64,000 nt of DNA, from NCBI GenBank assembly GCA_000146465.1, contig CP001946.1, one strand, 5' to 3'. The translations under genes and the position numbers were made by a program. Under the pieces are notes generated by a model, which was not told where the DNA came from, ran no database searches, and saw nothing but the letters and a program-made list of their open reading frames with translations. The first letter of the stretch is position 1. The number at the start of each line of letters is the position of its first letter. Shown piece by piece: positions 19,615 through 30,266 of the stretch.

Positions 19615-22524
19615 TTAATAAAAGGTATTGAGCCTATCCAACGCCATAATTATTTTGTTTCTATCATATTTTCCAGCTTCAATAAAGTCTTCCAAATCTG
19701 CGCTGTTCATGTTGTTTATCACATCGACGTTTATGATTCTGGTTGTCTTTTCCTGGAAAAATGGTGCCAGTCTACCAGCATGTCTTTCCAGTTCCGTAAG
19801 GAGCCCAAGTTCCTCGTTACCCAGAGTAAGGCTCCCTAATATTCCAATCCCTCCGTTTCTTGTTGTGAAATAGACAGAGTCAGACCGGGGTAATGACAGA
19901 GACCCTGGACACATGCTTGTTATTCTGTCTCCAATAGAAAGCGTCTCCATATTATAATTTCTGTCCAACATCAGAACCTTCCCATCTGTGGTTGTAAGAA
20001 TAAGACTTTCTAGGGCGAAAACCATGGATTCTATCTGTTCTTTACCATTTGAAAGGAAATCTAGGGATAGATGGTTGGTTTCCTCGTTAAATGTAAAGAC
20101 CCCAAAAGATCTGTAGATACATGAACAGGCAATCTTGCTTCCATGCATTGCTATTCTATACGGTATAAAACCTATTTTCATTACACACAGCTCTACAAGG
20201 ATTCGTGCTTGTCTTTTGTATACATATACATTGTGGTTTCTATGTGTTGCCAAGTAATCCCCGTCGGAATCCAATGCATGCACAACACCCTCCCCTGTGC
20301 TTTCGTAGACAAGCTTGATACAATTCCCTCTTGTAGAAAACATAGCAAGCCTTGAAAAGCTGCCCTCTCTCGAAAGGTTACTTACAACAACAAAGTAATG
20401 TCTTGACAGAAACCTTCCATCCATTACTATCTCATCTTGGAGGAAGAGATTGTGTACATGCCTTTTCACTTTCAAAGAGAGATAGGAATTGATTATCGGA
20501 TCATTGTCGATGTTGAGGATTGGGCTTACGAGCCCTGTAACTTCCTTTTCATCATTCATGGCAGAGAACTTCAGCACATATCCATTCCTCGGATCCGTTT
20601 CTTGTAGCTTATCTTCAATAGAAATCTTAATTTTGGGAATGGATCCAAGATGGCATCTGTAAATGGACTTCCCTACAGAAACATACAGATGATCGGCAAC
20701 TAAGGCATAAGATATGCCTTCTAGGGAGCATTTATAGCACGAAAAGTCCTGGAGGTCTATAAATATGCTGGATACCCCAATTCCCATTATGTGCCTTCCA
20801 ACGGGAATCATGGTTTCAATCATTGTATCAGAAAAGAATGAAGGCTTAAGAAATAGAAGCTCCCATTTGTTCTCTTCTTCTGTCTCTTTTAATATTGATA
20901 AGATGCTTCTGGAACTTGTTTCGGGCTCTTGCCCAAAAGTAACTTCATATCCCACCCCATGCATGTCTCCAAAAAAGAGTCTCCCGCCTGCAATGCATAC
21001 CGATTTCAAGATTTCATGTTTTCTTCTATGAACCACTTGGAGGTGTTTGTTCATAATAATAAACTCGTCGTAGTATGTTGATATAAACAGGTAGCTATGG
21101 AGATAGAGAAGGCTAACTTCGTAAGGGCATTCTACACACTCAATGCATTCCATTGTCTCAAGGCATATTGCCTTAAGATTCCTGTCTCCAGTAAACACAA
21201 TACATAAGCCTTGATGGTAGGAAGAGAGTACTATGTCCTTTATCTCCAAACTTGAAATATCCCTTCCTTTCAGACGATACATGTGGTTTTTTGTATTGAA
21301 ATAGCAGTAGCCATCTATATGTATGTTAAGGATTTCTCCAAAGTCCTGTTCTTCACTCATACCTTCTCTTAATACTTTCCCTTGGTTTGGATGTGACACA
21401 ATCAAGACTCCATCTGCTATCCCGAATCTTCGGATAACTCCAGAAAGATTATATCTTGGTTCTACCGAAAGATCAACTGAATATGTGATCTTCTTAATCG
21501 AATTTCTTGAAATATATCTAAATGAAGTCCCAAGGTACGATAGAGACATTGGACAGGCACCACCTTCAAATGTTTTCAGAACCCTTAACTCTTTTCCTAT
21601 TTCGAGATGGTAAGAATTTCCACAAGGTGATCCTCCATAGTACAGCTTGTCTTCAAGATGAAGCAGAACACTAAACCAGGACCCAAGGTTTCCCAAAACC
21701 TCGGTTTTTAGAGATAAACCTTTGTAAGATGCAATTTCATTTTCACAGGTTTTGTTACTAGTTGGAATATTTCCTTCCAGGGATATGCGTATAATCTCTC
21801 CGTCCTCCATTGAGAGCAAAATACTTCCGTCTGCCGCCAGAGTGTTCTTGATCCCGGGATTTGCAAATTCGCTCTCAAGTACAAACTTGCCTCTCACATA
21901 GTAATATAACTTCCCTTCGCCTATAAGGAGCAACCCATCCCCTATGGCCCTTGCAGATACAAGCCCCTTTCTAAGGAGCATCTTTTCTTTTAGAATCATT
22001 TTAGGTTTGGAAGGCGCCATTTGATATCTCGAATAAAAGACGTCTCCAGAAATGTCTTCTAGCAAAAACCCGACATCACCCTTATTGGAAAATCCGTCAA
22101 GAATCTTATAGTATCCAAAGTCATTTACATCATCTCCAAAAACAAGTCCTTCGTGGCCCATACTTGCAACAGTAACTGTATCATTTTCCGCAATAAATAT
22201 AAAATTCTTCGAAGTTCGGATGCATTTGATATAGGATAGAGGAGCTGGCATCCTTCCGCACACAACTGGCTTGTCTCTACCCATAATGGCATAATCTCCC
22301 CTATTGGAAACCAACAGAAATCTTTTTGAACTCCTAAATACCACTGGCACAATAAGTGTTACATATCCATTGGGATATATCACATCCACAGGCCTCAGGT
22401 CCAGATTGTATATCTCGACTATCATTCCTCTAGTTACCGCGATACACGGTTCCCTCTCATATTCAATCCTTGCTCCGGAAACCGCAGAGTCAGGGTCGTT
22501 GATGGTTCTCATTGCATAGTGCAT
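19615..22524 (-). CDS. CPSF_A/triple beta-propeller family protein (SF3b3/Rse1, DDB1 or CPSF160-like)
   Basis: 969 aa. The N-terminal ARIEYEREPCIAVTRGMIVEIYNLD resembles the SF3b3/DDB1 start. Beta-propeller blades run throughout. Which paralog it is remains uncertain. Confidence 0.6.
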   Translation of the reverse strand: MHYAMRTINDPDSAVSGARIEYEREPCIAVTRGMIVEIYNLDLRPVDVIYPNGYVTLIVPVVFRSSKRFLLVSNRGDYAIMGRDKPVVCGRMPAPLSYIKCIRTSKNFIFIAENDTVTVASMGHEGLVFGDDVNDFGYYKILDGFSNKGDVGFLLEDISGDVFYSRYQMAPSKPKMILKEKMLLRKGLVSARAIGDGLLLIGEGKLYYYVRGKFVLESEFANPGIKNTLAADGSILLSMEDGEIIRISLEGNIPTSNKTCENEIASYKGLSLKTEVLGNLGSWFSVLLHLEDKLYYGGSPCGNSYHLEIGKELRVLKTFEGGACPMSLSYLGTSFRYISRNSIKKITYSVDLSVEPRYNLSGVIRRFGIADGVLIVSHPNQGKVLREGMSEEQDFGEILNIHIDGYCYFNTKNHMYRLKGRDISSLEIKDIVLSSYHQGLCIVFTGDRNLKAICLETMECIECVECPYEVSLLYLHSYLFISTYYDEFIIMNKHLQVVHRRKHEILKSVCIAGGRLFFGDMHGVGYEVTFGQEPETSSRSILSILKETEEENKWELLFLKPSFFSDTMIETMIPVGRHIMGIGVSSIFIDLQDFSCYKCSLEGISYALVADHLYVSVGKSIYRCHLGSIPKIKISIEDKLQETDPRNGYVLKFSAMNDEKEVTGLVSPILNIDNDPIINSYLSLKVKRHVHNLFLQDEIVMDGRFLSRHYFVVVSNLSREGSFSRLAMFSTRGNCIKLVYESTGEGVVHALDSDGDYLATHRNHNVYVYKRQARILVELCVMKIGFIPYRIAMHGSKIACSCIYRSFGVFTFNEETNHLSLDFLSNGKEQIESMVFALESLILTTTDGKVLMLDRNYNMETLSIGDRITSMCPGSLSLPRSDSVYFTTRNGGIGILGSLTLGNEELGLLTELERHAGRLAPFFQEKTTRIINVDVINNMNSADLEDFIEAGKYDRNKIIMALDRLNTFY

Positions 22525-22600
22525 TGATACAATTTCTGGGTTCCACTGGAATAAGTTACAACTATTTCATTAAAAATTTTGTTGAGTAAACAAAGGTTGG

Positions 22601-23068
22601 ATGAAGGTTACATATGACTTTGCCGAAACAAAGGACACCGCAATAGTGTTTGTATATAAACCCTCTGCAGAAAACATGCATATAGACCCTGTGCTTGAGG
22701 GCCCTAGAAGACTCAGACTATCCGAGAATATCTCTATAGACCTTTATGGAGATGTTTATCCCGAAATCAAAATTAACGAGTCGAAGTTAAGAATGGAAAT
22801 TCACCTAAGAAAGGTAGAGGCAATAAGATGGGGAGGTATCAGAGGAAGGCCGATCGAAGAGCCTCAAGACAGCAATAAAGAAAGTGTAATAGAAGATTCC
22901 GAGGACGAAGAGAATACTTCTGTAATGGACCTGTTCAGAAAGATTTATCAACGATCTGGAGAGGATGTCCGAAGAGCGATGGAGAAGTCTTTCTATGAGT
23001 CTGAAGGAACTGTTTTGAGTACAGATTGGGACCAAGTCAAATCAAAGAAGATTACCCGGGAAGATTAA
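22601..23068 (+). CDS. SGT1: Sgt1-like co-chaperone (CS domain + SGS domain)
   Basis: The C-terminal MDLFRKIYQRSGEDVRRAMEKSFYESEGTVLSTDWDQV matches the SGS consensus L...IY......RAM.KSF.ES.GTVLSTNW. An N-terminal CS-like beta-sandwich is present. Confidence 0.8.
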   Translation: MKVTYDFAETKDTAIVFVYKPSAENMHIDPVLEGPRRLRLSENISIDLYGDVYPEIKINESKLRMEIHLRKVEAIRWGGIRGRPIEEPQDSNKESVIEDSEDEENTSVMDLFRKIYQRSGEDVRRAMEKSFYESEGTVLSTDWDQVKSKKITRED

Positions 23069-23205
23069 ATCCTTATTTCTAGAATCTACGCATTAGACTA
23101 TCATTGGCACTTTCAAGACATTAATAGACAAGAAAGAATTAAGAAGCCATTGTACAAAGTTAAAATCTTTTGCTAGCGAGCCATTCAAGAGATCCCGAGA
23201 TCACC

Positions 23206-23541
23206 CTATTGGTTTATTTCGTTCTGGTGGTATGCTTTCTTCAACTTCTCGGCTAGGGCATATATATCCCCTTCCGAGCTCTTGAGGGCCACTTTTTCCA
23301 TGGAATTTCTGAACATTTTTAGATGGTTTTCTCTTTCTGCCTCTCTGTCTCTTATCTTCGAAAAGTACTCCCAATTTCCTATCGAGTCAATTATCGCCTG
23401 GTCTGTCAAAAGAGAATGATCAAGCCCCAGATCTCTTCTTATGTCCTCTTGGAAATACTCTATTTCCTCAATAAGCTCCTTCATGAGGGCACATCCATTA
23501 TTCCAAATGTCATCTATGTTAATTGTAGTCACACAATACAA
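23206..23541 (-). CDS. Hypothetical protein (111 aa)
   Basis: ORF in a compact gene array with charged helical composition. No recognisable motif. Confidence 0.3.
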   Translation of the reverse strand: MYCVTTINIDDIWNNGCALMKELIEEIEYFQEDIRRDLGLDHSLLTDQAIIDSIGNWEYFSKIRDREAERENHLKMFRNSMEKVALKSSEGDIYALAEKLKKAYHQNEINQ

Positions 23542-23640
23542 AAATATATTGAGATCAAATTTAATTGCCTGTCAACCATTACACCCACCAAAATTAAATC
23601 CGCAAGATACTTTTTGGGAGAGTAAACAATACTCTGATTC

Positions 23641-24339
23641 CTACGATGTAACAATACCTAGCAGATGGAACTGTATACAAAACTCTAAGTAAGGGATTAC
23701 CCAACTATTATATTTTCCGTTAAATATTTCAGATACACCCTTCATTAATTCAAGAGGAACTCCTTTCGGCACCGAAAAAAACACTTGCTGAACAAGATAT
23801 TTAACCTCGCTTGAAGCCCTTATGTCGTCTCTTATCCTCTCCAAAATCTCAAAAATACTCTTGTCTTCATTGGTAACAGCATTTTTCCGGATGTCCATTG
23901 CGAGTTGCTGGAACTTTTCCCAAATGTATCGAGAATTTTTCTTTTCTGGATTGTGGATTAGAAAAGAGTAGTAGGGATCGATTTTGGATCCAAGATTCTG
24001 GAACTCCTTAAAATCCTCGGGACTTATACGATAACAAACTTCAAGTCCTGTACTTATTTCCCATGATCTAACATCCAACAAGAGCCTATCAATATTAGAT
24101 TCCGTTTCTTTTATTGTTCGCTTAATCTTATTGCCAAAAAGATCCTCTCTTGAAAGATATAGCTTTATATCTTCTGAAAAAGAGAATTGAACCATATTTC
24201 CATCCGACATGTTCTCCAAAAGATTTCTGATCGTTACCAAAATAGAATATACAACAAAGAGCAAGGAGTTCTTACGTGAAGCCATTTCGTTTCCTATATC
24301 ATCGAGAGCACGAATAATTTCTGCAGTTTGTCCATCCAT
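23641..24339 (-). CDS. Hypothetical protein (232 aa)
   Basis: Long ORF of coding-like composition. No recognisable motif. Confidence 0.4.
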   Translation of the reverse strand: MDGQTAEIIRALDDIGNEMASRKNSLLFVVYSILVTIRNLLENMSDGNMVQFSFSEDIKLYLSREDLFGNKIKRTIKETESNIDRLLLDVRSWEISTGLEVCYRISPEDFKEFQNLGSKIDPYYSFLIHNPEKKNSRYIWEKFQQLAMDIRKNAVTNEDKSIFEILERIRDDIRASSEVKYLVQQVFFSVPKGVPLELMKGVSEIFNGKYNSWVIPYLEFCIQFHLLGIVTS

Positions 24340-24454
24340 GGGCTATGATGAATAGTTTTATCAAATATAGAAAATGATTAATCCATTTATTTCTTGATCA
24401 AACTCCGTTTCGATTGATATGGAAAGACGGATGCTTAGAAGTAGAGCCTTAAAT

Positions 24455-25414
24455 TTAGACTGTCTCTCTAAGGACTTTAGATATGGTCTGTTGAAAATCC
24501 GAAGGTCCATCGATGGCTTGTAATATGCGAGACGAAACATTAATAATATTGCAATCCTTTGTGATTAATTCTCCATTCCAGCCTATCTCCTTTGCCTTAA
24601 CAACATTACTATTGGAGTCATCGAAGAAGTAAACATTTCTAGGTACTTCTATTCCCAGAGCCTTTGTCACAAATTCATAGGATTTATAGTGCGGCTTGCA
24701 GCAGAAGGTTGTGTCATACTTTCCTATACATATCACAACCTCAAAACAATCTAAAATTCCTATCTTTGCAAGAATATTTTCTGCTCTGTCTCTAGGCCCA
24801 TTTGTAAAGCAGCACCTTCTGACATTCTTCATGGAAAGGAGAAACTCCCTCAAGCTTGGATCTGGAGAAAGATATTGAAGATAATCAAATTCCGAAAGCA
24901 TCTTCCAGTACTCCTCAAGGGAAATTCCCACATACTTGTAAAAAAGAAATGAATACAGTAATGATATGGCTAGGTGCTCTTCAAACATCTCCTCGGTTCC
25001 TCCTTCCTTCAGGGAAATATACTTCTCCATAAGAAATTTCTTCTCCATTTCCTGGAGGTTATTTGATGGATGATAAAGAGTGTCATCTATGTCGTACAAG
25101 AACAGAGTATCGCTTCCTATCTTTTTGAGCTTGATATCCAAAAGAGATAGATCCTGCCCCATCTCAATGAAAACAGGACTTTGAAAAGGTTTCTCATCCC
25201 GAAAGTCCTTGGAACTTGGTAGGCTATCTTCTAAGTGTTGTTTCTCCTCTTCCATAGGAAACGACATTTTCTCAGACTTCTTTGCAAGTTTGGTCGGGAT
25301 CTTTCCTTTATCACAAGAACTGGACATTAACCTTTTGGCCTTGCTCTCAGCTTTCTTTATCCCGCTAGAAAAAACCTTGAAAATAGCCTTGACCACATTC
25401 CCAATTCCTCTCAT
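24455..25414 (-). CDS. HAD-superfamily pyrimidine 5'-nucleotidase (Sdt1-like)
   Basis: HAD motif I LYDIDDTLYH, the Sdt1-like core CFTNGPRDRAENILAKIGILDCFE...CKPH, and motif IV FFDDS. Confidence 0.75.
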   Translation of the reverse strand: MRGIGNVVKAIFKVFSSGIKKAESKAKRLMSSSCDKGKIPTKLAKKSEKMSFPMEEEKQHLEDSLPSSKDFRDEKPFQSPVFIEMGQDLSLLDIKLKKIGSDTLFLYDIDDTLYHPSNNLQEMEKKFLMEKYISLKEGGTEEMFEEHLAISLLYSFLFYKYVGISLEEYWKMLSEFDYLQYLSPDPSLREFLLSMKNVRRCCFTNGPRDRAENILAKIGILDCFEVVICIGKYDTTFCCKPHYKSYEFVTKALGIEVPRNVYFFDDSNSNVVKAKEIGWNGELITKDCNIINVSSRILQAIDGPSDFQQTISKVLRETV

Positions 25415-25494
25415 CGGGGTAAGTAAAGTTGTTTTAGCTGTACTAAAATTTTTCTTAGAAACATATAAAAATAACTCACAAGGGAGATCTTTAT

Positions 25495-26085
25495 TTACTC
25501 CTGGCCGTGGTCGACAGGCTTGGTCGGCATCTTGGAGGAGAGACTAGACTCATTCTTTTCTCCATTTACAACTGTAGAGTCAATGGTAGAGAACCCCGAG
25601 TCCGAAACATCTTCCATATGGGAGTTGTTGGGGGACATCTTAGAGATGCCTTCTTCGTTCTTTATCCCGAGGATTTCCTCTTCCATCTCTTCAGTCCCAC
25701 GCCCTCGGTAGTTTTTTTGAGCCTTTTCGTAGTACTCGTTGAAATACCTGAATATTGCAGACCTTGTTCTCTCAACTATTTCCTCGAGATCTCCTTGGTA
25801 CTTCTCCATAAACCCACGAATATAGAACTTGTAAACAAACACTGCGCCAGTACAGGCAGGTATGGATATCCATGCAACCACTATAAGCTTGAACAGCTGG
25901 TAGAAAGGTATGAAGTCAAGCACGAATGAAAACAAATTGTCTAGAACAAGAAACACGGCAATAACCATGAAATACTTATTGTATCTCTTATAAACCCTTT
26001 TATCTTCTCTGCATGCTCTGAATGACTGAAGAACATTGTAAAGAACCAACATTGCCACAAAAGCATTAACAAGAAAGCTTATCAT
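25495..26085 (-). CDS. Yop1/REEP (TB2/DP1/HVA22) ER-shaping reticulon-like protein
   Basis: The hairpin TM pattern and FIPFYQLFKLIVVAWISIPACTGAVFVYKFYI match the TB2_DP1_HVA22 core. Confidence 0.75.
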   Translation of the reverse strand: MISFLVNAFVAMLVLYNVLQSFRACREDKRVYKRYNKYFMVIAVFLVLDNLFSFVLDFIPFYQLFKLIVVAWISIPACTGAVFVYKFYIRGFMEKYQGDLEEIVERTRSAIFRYFNEYYEKAQKNYRGRGTEEMEEEILGIKNEEGISKMSPNNSHMEDVSDSGFSTIDSTVVNGEKNESSLSSKMPTKPVDHGQE

Positions 26086-26499
26086 TTCAGGGTTCCTTCC
26101 TTTCTATTTTAAAAACAAAGAACCACAGAAAGAAAAGTTCCCTTTCAGGGAGCTAAAGAGGTCTTTTTAAGCCTGATTGGCAGTATTGCCCGGATTCTCT
26201 GATTGGTTTAAGCCAAATCAAACATCACACAGATTCTTCCGCCAAAGAATTCAATAGGGCCATTCACAAAGACAAAAACAAGATCACCTAGGAACTATAC
26301 CTGATAGATGAACAACAGAAAGAAATTTGAGGAAATAAAGCAGCAGCTTGAGTCCTTTCTTACTCCAAAACATCTTAGGAACGAGTTTCCCCAAGAGAAG
26401 GGATGGATGATGCCCGAAAACTCCCCATACAAGAACGAGTACAGAAAAGAAGGCTGAGCACAGTAGTCTTTTAGTAAACATATTGTAAGTGATCTTTAA

Positions 26500-28275
26500 T
26501 CAGATGTTCAATCCTTTCTTATACTCAAGGATGCTTCCATAGAACCTCTTGATGTTTCTATTTTCGCAAACATATATTTCCTTAAAGACCGAGTCAATGA
26601 AGCTTAAGTCATGACTGACACAAACAACAGCTCCTTCAAACCTTCGGAGTGCTTCTGCCAGTGCATCTATGGATTCCATGTCAAGGTGGTTTGTGGGCTC
26701 GTCCAGAACTAGAAGGTTTGGCCTTAGCCCATTGATGATTGCAAACCCTAGCCTACTCTTTTGTCCTCCCGAGAGCGTTCCAATACATTGGTTGTCAACA
26801 TTTAATCCGAAAGAGGCAAGGACCCGTCTACTCTCTTCTTGGCCATAAGACTTCATCATAAAGTCTAGCACGTTTTCATTGATCTTTAGTTGATCTACAT
26901 GGTGCTGAGCAAAGTATCCAACTCTCAAAGAAGGACTTCTTATAAGATTCCCCTCTGTGGCCTCTATCTTTCCAGCTAAGAGCTTGAGAAATGTACTTTT
27001 CCCTTGTCCATTGGCTCCAACCACCACTATTCTGGAGTTGGACATGATTCTTATGTCAAGACCCTGAAGAGTCTTTCCAAGACCATAAGAAAATCCAACC
27101 CCAGACATCTCAAGCAATATGCCCTGGGATGGAGTAGAAGAAAACGAAAACTTGATGATGGGATCTTGCTTAGGAGGAACAAGTGTTGGCATTTTTGCAA
27201 GTGCCTTTATCTTACTCTGCACAAGAGATGCCCTTTTAGCATTGTATCTAAACCTATCAATGAAAGTCTGCATGTGTTCCCTAACTGTAAGCTGGTTTTC
27301 ATACTCTCTTTTGGCTGCTGTCATCCTCTCCTTTCTTTGCCTCACGAAGTTCTCATAGTTCCCCTTGTACATATCAATCTTCAAGTCGTTAAGATGAAGT
27401 ATCATCTCTGTGGTACTGTTAAGAAAATTCCTGTCATGGGACACAATAATAACCGTCTTCAATTCTTTCACCTTTTTTTCTAGCCAGCTTAAAGCATTGA
27501 TGTCAAGGTAATTGGTAGGCTCATCAAGTAACAGCAAATCCGGGTTCATATTTATCGCCTTCGCCAGATGTGCACGCATTCTCCATCCCCCACTCAAATC
27601 ATTCATCTTCTTCCCAACCATATCTTTTGTAAATCCTAATCCATTTAGTGTTCGCCCGGCCTCAGCCCCAACAAATTCTTCCACTGTTCCTTCAGAGAGC
27701 AGATCTTGCCTTATCATATAAATCTTCATTCCTCTTGGAATCCCAAACTTTCTTTTTCTAATTGCCTTCAAAAGTGTTGTCTTTCCTATTCCATTCCTCC
27801 CTACAAGACCGTACTTCCTTCCTTTGATAATGGTAAGAGGCGTCTCCCGGACAATCTCCTTCCCTCGTACAAAGAGGTCAATATTCAAATGGAGATCTCC
27901 TTCAAACTCCTCGGAGTCTGTGTCTTCCCCTGATGAGGATGACTCCAATAGATATTCCTCTTCTGCTATTGTGTCAGGTATTGCCTCTTCCTTTCTGCTT
28001 TCTATCGATCTCATCGAAAATGGTGTTTCCAATGGAATGGGATTCCTTCCATAATCCACAGTGTAGGATTCCACCCCCACTGCAATGGCCTCTTCTTTCG
28101 ACTCAAACGGGAATTTCTCAAGCTTTCCTAAGTACTTGGATTTCAGAGAAGAGATCTTTCTGTCCATCCGACCGTAGCGTGGGTCATAAGGCCAGAAGAA
28201 TTCAAGTCTTCTTCCTGAATAAAGACCGGGGTGGGTCGAAAACGCCTGAGTAAATAATAGAAAGAGATTTACCAA
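26500..28275 (-). CDS. ABCF-family soluble ABC ATPase (Arb1/ABCF2 or Gcn20-like), two tandem NBDs and no TMD
   Basis: Two Walker A motifs (GRNGIGKTTLL; GANGQGKSTFL), two LSGG signature motifs (LSGGWRMR; LSGGQKSR) and two Walker B motifs (LLLDEPTN; LVLDEPTN). Confidence 0.85.
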   Translation of the reverse strand: MVNLFLLFTQAFSTHPGLYSGRRLEFFWPYDPRYGRMDRKISSLKSKYLGKLEKFPFESKEEAIAVGVESYTVDYGRNPIPLETPFSMRSIESRKEEAIPDTIAEEEYLLESSSSGEDTDSEEFEGDLHLNIDLFVRGKEIVRETPLTIIKGRKYGLVGRNGIGKTTLLKAIRKRKFGIPRGMKIYMIRQDLLSEGTVEEFVGAEAGRTLNGLGFTKDMVGKKMNDLSGGWRMRAHLAKAINMNPDLLLLDEPTNYLDINALSWLEKKVKELKTVIIVSHDRNFLNSTTEMILHLNDLKIDMYKGNYENFVRQRKERMTAAKREYENQLTVREHMQTFIDRFRYNAKRASLVQSKIKALAKMPTLVPPKQDPIIKFSFSSTPSQGILLEMSGVGFSYGLGKTLQGLDIRIMSNSRIVVVGANGQGKSTFLKLLAGKIEATEGNLIRSPSLRVGYFAQHHVDQLKINENVLDFMMKSYGQEESRRVLASFGLNVDNQCIGTLSGGQKSRLGFAIINGLRPNLLVLDEPTNHLDMESIDALAEALRRFEGAVVCVSHDLSFIDSVFKEIYVCENRNIKRFYGSILEYKKGLNI

Positions 28276-28284
28276 ATACCACTA

Positions 28285-28980
28285 TTAACTAACAAGACGC
28301 TCCATCAGATTGCAACAGTGGGGTAGAATCCAGAAGTCAAAGAGATGGCCTTTGTCTTCTCCCTCAATCAGAATTCTTCTAATGGCCTTCTTTTTCTTTT
28401 CAAATTTCTGGCCTGTATAAACAATTTTGTTGTTGTTCACAAACTTAACATACTCCGAGGCAAGAAATTCTTCTTTGAATTTTTCTGTCCATTCTGTGAT
28501 ATTTTGATTTTGATTTGTCTTTGTTGAATTGCAGGCATCAAGAATAGAGAGAAGCTTTGCCCACCAAGCTTTCTTATCGCTATTAAAAGGACTGCTGATA
28601 TCATATAGTTGGGAAAAAATTTCTTTGAACTCTTGTCCAATATACAAGTTAAATTCCCTCAGGCTTGCTTTTCCTATCTCCTTCTCGATCAGCTTGTGTG
28701 CATCGATATACCATAAGCACACCTGCATCTCAAGCCCCTCAAGATCGTTCCGTATCTTGGATAGAATTTCTGTCATTTCCTGAGCAAACTCAGGTGTGTC
28801 TTCTCCCTTAATGTTCTCTAGGATGTTGTTGTTCAAGATGAAAAAAGAAAACTCGTTCGAATGTACTAAGGCCGATGCCTTCCAGGCCATCTCCAACAAA
28901 TTCACAAGAATGAGAATCTTGGGCTCTTTGGTATAAGCAACACATCGGAGAATAAGATTAAGGCGTGATTTTTCACTCAT
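28285..28980 (-). CDS. Hypothetical protein (231 aa)
   Basis: ORF whose ATG overlaps the stop of the upstream PRI2 gene (ATGA). No recognisable domain. Confidence 0.4.
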   Translation of the reverse strand: MSEKSRLNLILRCVAYTKEPKILILVNLLEMAWKASALVHSNEFSFFILNNNILENIKGEDTPEFAQEMTEILSKIRNDLEGLEMQVCLWYIDAHKLIEKEIGKASLREFNLYIGQEFKEIFSQLYDISSPFNSDKKAWWAKLLSILDACNSTKTNQNQNITEWTEKFKEEFLASEYVKFVNNNKIVYTGQKFEKKKKAIRRILIEGEDKGHLFDFWILPHCCNLMERLVS

Positions 28981-30218
28981 TTGTTAGGGCTTTTTACAAT
29001 ATCTCTTGAATCTCTCGGGCTGTCTTCCCCATCATTTCTATCAATACTTCTACATTCAATATAATATCTAATAGGAGTTACAACCAACTTGTCTTGTTTC
29101 CGTTGGACCAACTTTTCAAGAAACCTTGTGCATCTCCCGCTAAAAGTTCCCACACCCATTATATCTTCAATATCAACCTCTAATCCTTCAATCTGACTCC
29201 GAAGATACTCCCCGTCCTCAACAAAAGGACAATTGCTTTTTCTCTCCTCATTCGTTGTGTTTGCTATCTTCGAGCAGGTGAAGCAGGTGTAGTTCGCCCT
29301 TTTTCCTTCAAGACCATAGTTGTGCCTAATTGAATATAGATATTCTTTATCAAAGACTTCTTTTCCTGCCTTGAACGATCTTCGAAAAAAATCTATTCCA
29401 TCTTCAACACTCATGCCACAGTCCTTTAGGAAGAGACATAATGTTTGTCTGTCGTTGTATTTAAGATGTCTATTCTTTCTCAGCCTTTGCATTATGGCCT
29501 TAATACATAGCGGAAAGTATTTCTCGGCGTCCTCTAATGAAAACACAGTGTTCTTCTCACATGTTGTAGGATTCAGAAGTAATTTTGTGGCAAGGCTTTT
29601 CATCCTTTCGTCTGGATTTCTTAAAAACATCTCCACCAGCTCATTCATCTTTCCTTCCAAGTACCTTCTGAACTCATTACCAAGTAGTGATCGGATCCCC
29701 TCGTCATTCAGCTTGAGATATCCTCCCTCAGGTATAACTATTCTTCTTCCAACCATATCAATCACCTTTGTAAAGTGGACGAGAACCTCAGAGCTCATCA
29801 TCCCAATTGCACAATCTGGATTGTATTTTGCTTTCATTCCAAGCACCAAGACCCCATTCCGAATCTCGGCTCCATCCATGTAAGGCAACACCTCTGTAAG
29901 GAAAAACTCCTTTGCACCCTCCGGATTTTTGGCCATTCTTAACCGCAGTAAATTCACTTCTGCATTTACAAACCAAGTAGCTGCCCACGGATCTTGAGAA
30001 CACACCATTCTACAGAAAAAGTGGGAGAGAGTATCATCTTCCGTGTCCATCTCAAAGCATCTGGAAACCGAAGGATTTACTTCTTCGCGCTTCAGAATTT
30101 CTATTCTTCTTTCTGCACACTTCCTGAACGTTTCGTAGTCTACTGAACTCTTGGAAAGCATAGTATAAAATTTAATTCCAGGCAATTCGTCTCCCTTTGC
30201 AGCCTTTATTCTCTTCAT
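28977..30218 (-). CDS. PRI2: DNA primase large subunit
   Basis: RHLKYNDRQTLCLFLKDCGMSVEDGIDFFRRSF...YSIRHNYGLEGKRANYTCFTCSKI matches the PriL signature HL.H..R.QL.LFLK..G....F......YNIRH.YG.EG...Y...C, including the Fe-S cysteines. Confidence 0.85.
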   Translation of the reverse strand: MKRIKAAKGDELPGIKFYTMLSKSSVDYETFRKCAERRIEILKREEVNPSVSRCFEMDTEDDTLSHFFCRMVCSQDPWAATWFVNAEVNLLRLRMAKNPEGAKEFFLTEVLPYMDGAEIRNGVLVLGMKAKYNPDCAIGMMSSEVLVHFTKVIDMVGRRIVIPEGGYLKLNDEGIRSLLGNEFRRYLEGKMNELVEMFLRNPDERMKSLATKLLLNPTTCEKNTVFSLEDAEKYFPLCIKAIMQRLRKNRHLKYNDRQTLCLFLKDCGMSVEDGIDFFRRSFKAGKEVFDKEYLYSIRHNYGLEGKRANYTCFTCSKIANTTNEERKSNCPFVEDGEYLRSQIEGLEVDIEDIMGVGTFSGRCTRFLEKLVQRKQDKLVVTPIRYYIECRSIDRNDGEDSPRDSRDIVKSPNK

Positions 30219-30266
30219 CCTTCCTAACCCTAGGAAACCGGGAAATATTTCCTATTCCGAAGATCT

